A stretch of 64,000 nt of DNA from positions 402,136-466,135 of the forward strand of contig CAWBMO010000006.1 in NCBI GenBank assembly GCA_963789965.1, in the 5' to 3' direction. This stretch comes from an uncultured Acidobacteriota bacterium (GTDB taxonomy: Bacteria > Acidobacteriota > Vicinamibacteria > Vicinamibacterales > CAVVIG01). Shown here in pieces: positions 58,139 to 64,000 of the stretch. The notes beneath the pieces are model-generated. The model saw only the letters and a list, made by a program, of their open reading frames with translations, had not been told where the DNA came from and did no database searches. Position 1 is the first letter of the stretch; each line of letters opens with the position of its first letter. Made by a program: the position numbers and the translations under genes.

Positions 58139-58903
58139 TTATTTCGTATTCTTAGCGCCCTTTGGGCCCTTTGTGCCCGTAACCGTCATGTCCTTTGCGT
58201 TTTGACGAATGCGTCTCGTATCCGGCGCCCTCTCCGGGAACCACCGCCGGAATTTCAGCGCAACCGTCCCCATCTTGATATCAGCCCCATCGTTCAACGC
58301 GACCGGCTGACTGACTCGAGACCGTCCGAGAAACGTCCCGTTCGTGCTGCCCAAGTCGCACAGGACAACGGTGTCTTGCGCGAGATTGATGGCAATGCTC
58401 GCATGCCGTCGCGACACTCGCGGCGCATCCAGCCAGATGCTGCATCGCGGGTCGCGGCCAATCACGTTCTCGCCATCCGACAACGGGAGCGTGCGATTTC
58501 CCCAGACCAGCCAGCAGGACGACGTCGTTGCCTGGGCCGGGGCCGGCGTCTGCTGGATGTGAGCCGCCTCCCCACAGAATGCGTATCCCACTCCATGCAC
58601 TGTTCGTATGAACTGCGGCCGCCTCGCATCGTCTCCAAGGGCGCGTCGGACGTCACCCACGAGGACGTTGAGGCCTGCGGCGTCCACATGGCTGTCGGGC
58701 CAAAGCGCAGCGTGGAGCTCGTCCTTGTCCATCACCTTCGGTCTGTGAGCCAGCAGGGTGGAGAGCAGGTCGAACGCCTTCCGAGACAGGTGAATCTCGG
58801 CGTCGCCGCGGAGCAGCTGACGCGTCTCGGGGTCGAGCGTAAACGGGCCGAATCGAGTCCTCACCCCATCGTCGTTGTCGATGGCCGTGCGCATGGCGAA
58901 CAA
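58139..58903 (-). CDS. OmpR/PhoB-type winged-helix DNA-binding domain fused to an FHA domain
   Basis: FGPFTLDPETRQLLRGDAEIHLSRKAFDLL...IRTVHGVGYAF (Trans_reg_C) followed by VIGRDPRCSIWLDAPRVSRRHASI...GSTNGTFL (FHA). Confidence 0.8.
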   Translation of the reverse strand: MFAMRTAIDNDDGVRTRFGPFTLDPETRQLLRGDAEIHLSRKAFDLLSTLLAHRPKVMDKDELHAALWPDSHVDAAGLNVLVGDVRRALGDDARRPQFIRTVHGVGYAFCGEAAHIQQTPAPAQATTSSCWLVWGNRTLPLSDGENVIGRDPRCSIWLDAPRVSRRHASIAINLAQDTVVLCDLGSTNGTFLGRSRVSQPVALNDGADIKMGTVALKFRRWFPERAPDTRRIRQNAKDMTVTGTKGPKGAKNTK

Positions 58904-59130
58904 GTATCCCGCCGGTCTGTTCCGATCGTCAATTTCATGACGCGTTCGCGTCTCGGAAAAGAGCTGCGAACCATCTCCCTACTGAACGCGTATTTCACTC
59001 CAGGCCCCGTTCGCATGCAGTCGAGGCGCATCAGGGCCATGGGTGAGTGGACGCGGGCTATGAAATTCTTGGATTTTCTTTAAGACTTTCGGTCCGCCGC
59101 CAGGGTCATAGTTCACGACGACGTTCAAGC

Positions 59131-60009
59131 ATGAGCCATCGGCCATTGACTATTGATGTCCCGCGACTCCCGGCCCGCGACATCGTCGACGCCGTCGTCC
59201 GTAACATGCGCGAGAACCTCGAGGAGCTGCCGTACTCCAGGCTCGCGCCGAGCAGCTACACCGTCTACCTCAATCCGAACGAATTCGCCAGGCTGGAAGG
59301 CATCGTCTCGATCCTTCAGGAGCAGACCCTCCGCGCACTCTCTGATGAGGTTGACAAGTTGAGTCGCCGCTCCCTCTGGCGGCGCTCCGCCGATCGCGTG
59401 ACCAGGAACCCTCCGCGCGACCTTCAAAAGGCCGGCGACTGGAAGGTCACTTTTCTTCCCGATCCCGACGATGAGCTGGAAGAAGGCGGGGTCCTCATCT
59501 ACTCGGAGCTGAAGCTGCCGGCCAGGCCCGAGCTTGGCGGCGGCGAGCGCACGCGTCGCATCACGACAATCCATGTCGGTCAACACACGACGGTGCGAGA
59601 GCAGAATATCAACGTGCCTGCGGGGGCCTCGGGGAAACGGATCATCGCACGCATTGAGTACACAGACGATTCAGGCCCGCACGCTCATGACATCGTGACC
59701 GACTCGCTGATGATCGGTCGCGGCGGCATCGCCTATCCCGTCGACATCCGAATCGCTTCCTCACCCGACGTCTCGCGGGAGCACGCGCGCATCCGGAGAG
59801 ATCCGAAAACCGGCATGTTTTTCCTGATCGACCTCAGTTCGTTCGGCACGACGCTGAACGGGCGCCACGTGCCCAGGGGCTACGAGAAGGTCGACGCCTC
59901 GACAAAGCGTGAGAACGGATCGGAAACAGCGCTGCCGGATGTCGCCCGGATCGGCCTTGCCGACATGGTGTTCCTCGAGTTCAGGAAAGTGTTCGGAAAA
60001 GCTCTGTGA
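59131..60009 (+). CDS. FhaA-like protein (DUF3662-type N-terminal domain plus C-terminal FHA domain)
   Basis: C-terminal IGRGG...VSREHARIRRDPKTGMFFLIDLSSFGTTLNGRHV (FHA). The N-terminal ...SSYTVYLNPNEFARLEG block is typical of FhaA. Confidence 0.75.
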   Translation: MSHRPLTIDVPRLPARDIVDAVVRNMRENLEELPYSRLAPSSYTVYLNPNEFARLEGIVSILQEQTLRALSDEVDKLSRRSLWRRSADRVTRNPPRDLQKAGDWKVTFLPDPDDELEEGGVLIYSELKLPARPELGGGERTRRITTIHVGQHTTVREQNINVPAGASGKRIIARIEYTDDSGPHAHDIVTDSLMIGRGGIAYPVDIRIASSPDVSREHARIRRDPKTGMFFLIDLSSFGTTLNGRHVPRGYEKVDASTKRENGSETALPDVARIGLADMVFLEFRKVFGKAL

Positions 60010-60110
60010 TGGCCGTACTCCAGTGGGCCCATCTGGTCTATCTCGCGCTCCTTTCGGGCCTCGTCGCCTGGTGCGTGTGGATCGCGCGGCGGGCGGATAC
60101 GGACGGCTGA
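60009..60110 (+). CDS. Possible 33-aa single-TM micro-protein
   Basis: ATG overlaps the fhaA-like stop (TGATG). Sequence is MAVLQWAHLVYLALLSGLVAWCVWIARRADTDG. It ends 7 nt before the PP2C start. Too short for the ORF track. Confidence 0.3.
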   Translation: MAVLQWAHLVYLALLSGLVAWCVWIARRADTDG

Positions 60111-60117
60111 CGTCCTG

Positions 60118-61767
60118 ATGCGATCAGTCACCACGCTCAAGGCGGCTGGCAAGACGGACCCGGGACTGCAGCGTGCAGTCAACGAGGACCGGTTGTATGT
60201 CGACGCCTCGCGCGGGCTGTTCATCGTCATCGACGGCGTGGGCGGTCACGCTGCGGGTGGAAAAGCCGCCGACGTCGCATTGAGCACGCTCCGAACGCGG
60301 CTTGAACGGGAGACGGGGCCGATCGCGACCAGGGTTCGCGAGGCCATCACGATCGCCAACAACGAAATCCATCGCCTGGCCGACACGCGGCCCGAATGGA
60401 GCGGCATGGCGTGCGTCGTCACCGTCGTGGTCGTTGACGACGTGCGGGCAATCGTGGGCCACGTGGGTGACACGCGGCTCTACAAGCTGTCGGCGGACCG
60501 CATCGAAAAAGTGACGCGTGACCACTCGCCCGTCGGCGAGCGGGAGGATGCCGGCGAGGTCTCCGAACGAGAGGCGATGGGTCATCCCCGGCGCAACGAA
60601 GTGTATCGCGATGTTGGCTCTGACATGCACGAGCCTGGCGATCCGGAGTTCATCGACGTCAGTGAGATTCAGTTCGAGCCCGACTCGGCGCTTCTGCTCT
60701 GCAGCGACGGTCTGACCGACCTGATCGAGTCGTCGACCATCGCTCACCTGGCGAAGCAGTTCGCCGGGGATCCGGATCGGGTCGTGAGCGCCTTGATCGA
60801 GGCGGCCAACCGCGCCGGTGGAAAAGACAACGTGACAGTCGTGTATGTCGAGGGAGCCGAATTCAACGCGACCGCCCGCAACAGTTTGGCCGCCGAGACG
60901 ACGCGCCGCCTGGGAGATGGCGTCGAGGATGACGCAATCGAGCGCAAGTCGAGCCGGGAACGCTATGTTCGTGTGGCGCTGCTCGTTCTGGTGACGATGC
61001 TGATCACCCTCTCGGTCGCGAGGCTCCCCGGCCCACTGCCCGCCGGACAGAACGCCTTCGCGCCATCCACTTCGAGCTCCGGTCGACTCATCGTTCGACC
61101 CGGAGAGTCGATCACAGCAGCGCTGAAGCAGGCCTCACCTGGCAGCGAGATCATCGTCGAGCCGGGCGAGTATCGCGAAGCCGTTTCCCTGACAAGCGAC
61201 GTGCGCCTCGTCAGCCGTGTTCCAGGGGGCGCCGTCCTCCGCCTCCCCGCGAACGCGCGCGAAACTGACGCCGCCGCCATCGCTTCTGGCATCGCGGGTG
61301 CCGCGCTCGTCGGCTTCCGGATCGTCGGCGACGCGACCACACCGCTCGGCACCGGATTGCTCATCCAGAATTCAGAGCTCTCAGTTATCGCCGCCGAAAT
61401 CTCGGGTGCCGCGAACGTGGCGATTGATATCACCGGCTTCTCGCGGGTCAGCGTCATGGCCAGCGACGTTCACGATAACCCTGGCGCGGCTTTCGCGGTC
61501 CGGTCCGGAGCCTCCGCGCGACTCACGCATAACGTGTTTCAGCGAAACGGCGCGTCCCCATACACGCCCACGCCGGTTATTCTCGAGGAGAACGCTGATC
61601 CGAGCTTCAGGGCCAACGTGTTTTACGGCATCGCACCGGCGGCATTTCGCTCGCTCGGCGAACCTGTTCGGGCCGCCCTCATCCGCGACAACTGGTTCCT
61701 CGATCCACACGCGCCTCGATCGACGGCGCCCACGGGATCGCGAGGCCAGCGAGACGGGCAGCCATGA
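60118..61767 (+). CDS. PP2C-family Ser/Thr phosphatase with TM segment and C-terminal right-handed beta-helix domain
   Basis: NEDRLYV, VIDGVGGHAAG, GHVGDTRLY and LLCSDGLTD are PP2C motifs. A TM helix VALLVLVTMLITL follows, then parallel beta-helix-like repeats (GFRIVGD..., NVAIDITG..., HDNPGAAFAV...). Confidence 0.85.
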   Translation: MRSVTTLKAAGKTDPGLQRAVNEDRLYVDASRGLFIVIDGVGGHAAGGKAADVALSTLRTRLERETGPIATRVREAITIANNEIHRLADTRPEWSGMACVVTVVVVDDVRAIVGHVGDTRLYKLSADRIEKVTRDHSPVGEREDAGEVSEREAMGHPRRNEVYRDVGSDMHEPGDPEFIDVSEIQFEPDSALLLCSDGLTDLIESSTIAHLAKQFAGDPDRVVSALIEAANRAGGKDNVTVVYVEGAEFNATARNSLAAETTRRLGDGVEDDAIERKSSRERYVRVALLVLVTMLITLSVARLPGPLPAGQNAFAPSTSSSGRLIVRPGESITAALKQASPGSEIIVEPGEYREAVSLTSDVRLVSRVPGGAVLRLPANARETDAAAIASGIAGAALVGFRIVGDATTPLGTGLLIQNSELSVIAAEISGAANVAIDITGFSRVSVMASDVHDNPGAAFAVRSGASARLTHNVFQRNGASPYTPTPVILEENADPSFRANVFYGIAPAAFRSLGEPVRAALIRDNWFLDPHAPRSTAPTGSRGQRDGQP

Positions 61768-63833
61768 TCGCGCCGCCGGGCTTTCAGGTCGGGCCGTATG
61801 CAGTTCTTGGCCCCGCGGGCCGTGGTGGCATGGCGGACGTCTTCATCGCCAGCGACACGCGCACCGGCCGGCGCGTGGCGTTGAAGCTCGTTCCCATCGG
61901 CGAGGACCAGGAGGCACGGCAGATCGCCGAGGCGGAGCGCGAGGGAGCCGAGTATCAGAAGCAACTGTGGCAGGTCTATCGACAGGTGCCGGAGGTGTAC
62001 GAGTACGCGACCGACGGTCCGTACTTCTACATCGCCATGGAGTTCCTCGACGGCCAGAACCTGTCGGAAGTGATCGCCAGCCGCGCGCTGCCGGCTCCGC
62101 GCGCCGCTGGGATCGCGATTCAGATCTGCCGGTTCCTCGAAGCCGCGCACACCCTCGAGCCCACGATCGACGGGCGCAAGCGCCGCTCGCTGCTGCATGG
62201 CGACCTCAAGCCGCGGAACATCCGTGTCCTGAACAACGACGAGGTAAAGGTGTTCGACTTCGGAGCCGCGAAAGCGCTGTCGTTCAGCAGGCGCGTCACG
62301 CGGCACGACTTCGGCAGCATCGCGTACCTGTCGCCTGAGCGCATCGAATCGGGCGACATGGACGCGCACGCCGACTTCTGGGGTGTCGGCGTCATCCTGT
62401 ACGAGATGGTCAGCGGCACGCAGCCGTTTCAGGCGACGGATACGCGCCGACTGGAGTCCAAGATTCGATCGCGTCGTGCGCCGCCCGCCCTGGACAATGG
62501 CTGTCCAGTGGGCCTCCAGGCTGTTGTGGCGAAGCTTCTGGCCGGCGCCCAGCAGGACCGCTACGGCAGCGCTCAGGCGATTCGCGAGGATCTCGAATGT
62601 GTGCTTGCCGGCCAGCAGACGCTGGCGGAGCGCGAAGGCTGGCCCGCGCGCGAGGATGAGGCCCCGACCGAGCGGGTGCGGGCGGCCGCGGAGGACGATG
62701 AAGAGGCCACGCGTCGAACGCTTCGAAGCTCGCCGCTGCAAGCGACCGCGCATGCCCCGAGCGACGTCGCACTCGCTGTGACACCCCATGTGACACCCGA
62801 TGTAGAGGACGGTCTTAAGACCGTCCCCTACCGGAACGGCAGTTCCAAGGACGGCGGACAGACAAAGCGTACGCCGGTTCAGCGTGCGCTGAGGTCTGCC
62901 CTGCTACTGCTGGTGCTCGCGATCGTCGCGAACGAGCTACGAATCATGCTGGTCGCGGATCGGTTGGTTGACAAAGTGTCCACTCAGGAACTGAGCGATC
63001 TTGATGCGACGTGGCTGCGTTACGCGGAGTTGAGCACTCCCAGCCTGGGCATTGGGATCTTCTGGCTCGAGCGGGCGCTCGTGCGGCAGACGATCGCTGT
63101 GACGGATCGCGTGATCGCCAACTATCGCACGCCGTCGCCGTCGGTGAGAGAGGCTCAGTGGAGAGCCGCACGCGGTGTACTCGCCCGCGCGTTGGCGGCT
63201 CGCGGAGGCGATCTCCGACTGAGGGCGGCGCTGCGCTACTGCGAGGGCCACCTGCACAGGATCGACGGCGAAGCCCGCAAAGCCCGGAAACTCCCCGCAG
63301 AGGCGCAGCGTGAGTTTGCGGATGCCCTTGTCGCCTTCCGGGAAGCGGCGGACCTCCGGCAAGATTGGCCGGATCCCTATCTGGGCCTGATGAGAACGTT
63401 CATCTACGGCCTGGACGATGTGGAGAGGGGCGCTGATGCGTTGGAGCAGGCGAAGCGCCGAGGGTACACCTCGGGCGATCGCGAGACCGCGCAACTGGCA
63501 GAGGGGCATCGCGTGCGCGCCGAGACTCTCGTGCGTTCCGCGCGCGCGCTTTCCGGCATGGCGCAGGAGCTGCAGTATCTGAATCGCGCCGCAGACGAGT
63601 ACCGGCACGCGCTCGATTTGTATTCGCAAGTGCCGACGTTGGGCGACGCCTCACGGCAGTTGCGAACGGCCCAGCGTGGGCTTGCGTCGACCGAACAGCG
63701 CATCGTTCGGTTGAACGCTGCTGCAACGGCCGCCTCACGCCCCGACCCACCCCAAAGCGAAAATCTGTCGCAGCTGGTCTCACCAAACGCAACGTCTACG
63801 TCCCCACCGGAATCGTCGAACGACGGCCGATGA
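61764..63833 (+). CDS. Ser/Thr protein kinase with TM segment and helical-repeat C-terminal domain
   Basis: GRGGMADVF...VALK, HGDLKPRNI, DFGAAK and YLSPE are Hanks-type motifs. Start overlaps the PP2C stop (ATGA). Confidence 0.9.
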   Translation: MIAPPGFQVGPYAVLGPAGRGGMADVFIASDTRTGRRVALKLVPIGEDQEARQIAEAEREGAEYQKQLWQVYRQVPEVYEYATDGPYFYIAMEFLDGQNLSEVIASRALPAPRAAGIAIQICRFLEAAHTLEPTIDGRKRRSLLHGDLKPRNIRVLNNDEVKVFDFGAAKALSFSRRVTRHDFGSIAYLSPERIESGDMDAHADFWGVGVILYEMVSGTQPFQATDTRRLESKIRSRRAPPALDNGCPVGLQAVVAKLLAGAQQDRYGSAQAIREDLECVLAGQQTLAEREGWPAREDEAPTERVRAAAEDDEEATRRTLRSSPLQATAHAPSDVALAVTPHVTPDVEDGLKTVPYRNGSSKDGGQTKRTPVQRALRSALLLLVLAIVANELRIMLVADRLVDKVSTQELSDLDATWLRYAELSTPSLGIGIFWLERALVRQTIAVTDRVIANYRTPSPSVREAQWRAARGVLARALAARGGDLRLRAALRYCEGHLHRIDGEARKARKLPAEAQREFADALVAFREAADLRQDWPDPYLGLMRTFIYGLDDVERGADALEQAKRRGYTSGDRETAQLAEGHRVRAETLVRSARALSGMAQELQYLNRAADEYRHALDLYSQVPTLGDASRQLRTAQRGLASTEQRIVRLNAAATAASRPDPPQSENLSQLVSPNATSTSPPESSNDGR

Positions 63834-64000
63834 GCGTCACTTACACGTCGGCTGCCGATCGAGTCCTGCATCAAGTGCGGGCAAGCCGCTGGCGCCTGGA
63901 GATGCAGGATGCGATGCTGGTCGCCGCATCGATCCTCTCTCTTTTGGCAATCGCTCTTGCCGCCGCCGGCACGCTCCGCGCGCTCGATATGTCGGAGCGT
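63830..64000 (+). CDS. Hypothetical membrane protein, 3'-partial at the window edge
   Basis: ATG overlaps the kinase stop (ATGA). Hydrophobic stretch AMLVAASILSLLAIALAAAG. Open to the end of the window. Confidence 0.45.
   Translation, partial: MSVTYTSAADRVLHQVRASRWRLEMQDAMLVAASILSLLAIALAAAGTLRALDMSER

Overview
This is a high-GC (roughly mid-60s %) bacterial chromosomal segment. The gene content suggests Acidobacteriota (inference): PadR-coupled ADOP/MacB-type 'duplicated orphan permeases', a TIGR03435-like fragment, and CarboxypepD_reg and TonB-dependent-receptor-like proteins. Nt 1-7419 hold a tight co-directional operon: a large unknown protein, a DinB/AhpD-like fusion, a DyP-type peroxidase-like protein, a small unknown protein and a two-HKD phospholipase-D-family protein. 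Nt ~7.5-39 kb look like a plasticity zone. It contains a lower-GC trio of zinc-ribbon/Cys-rich genes, several families of MITE-like palindromic or iteron repeats that sit exactly where genes are truncated, and an IS1595 transposase remnant. It also contains three PadR modules (one translationally coupled to a protein with only the N-terminal half of SecY), a lone PIN-like gene, and a HlyD/ABC-ATPase/permease efflux operon whose two permease paralogs are frameshifted. A ~3.0-kb inverted duplication of padR-ADOP brackets 16.5 kb, and there is an orphan phage terS-terL pair. The right half is mostly metabolic or housekeeping: a CoA ligase plus a frameshifted amidohydrolase, a decayed TonB-dependent receptor, a DivIVA/RodZ-like protein, an esterase, an MBL hydrolase, tandem phosphofructokinases, an M20 peptidase, a nitrilase-family enzyme, and TerC preceded by a yybP-ykoY (Mn) riboswitch-like leader. 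It ends with an FHA / PP2C / Ser-Thr kinase signalling cluster. I saw no rRNA, tRNA or CRISPR array. All domain calls come from motif recognition by eye, not from searches.
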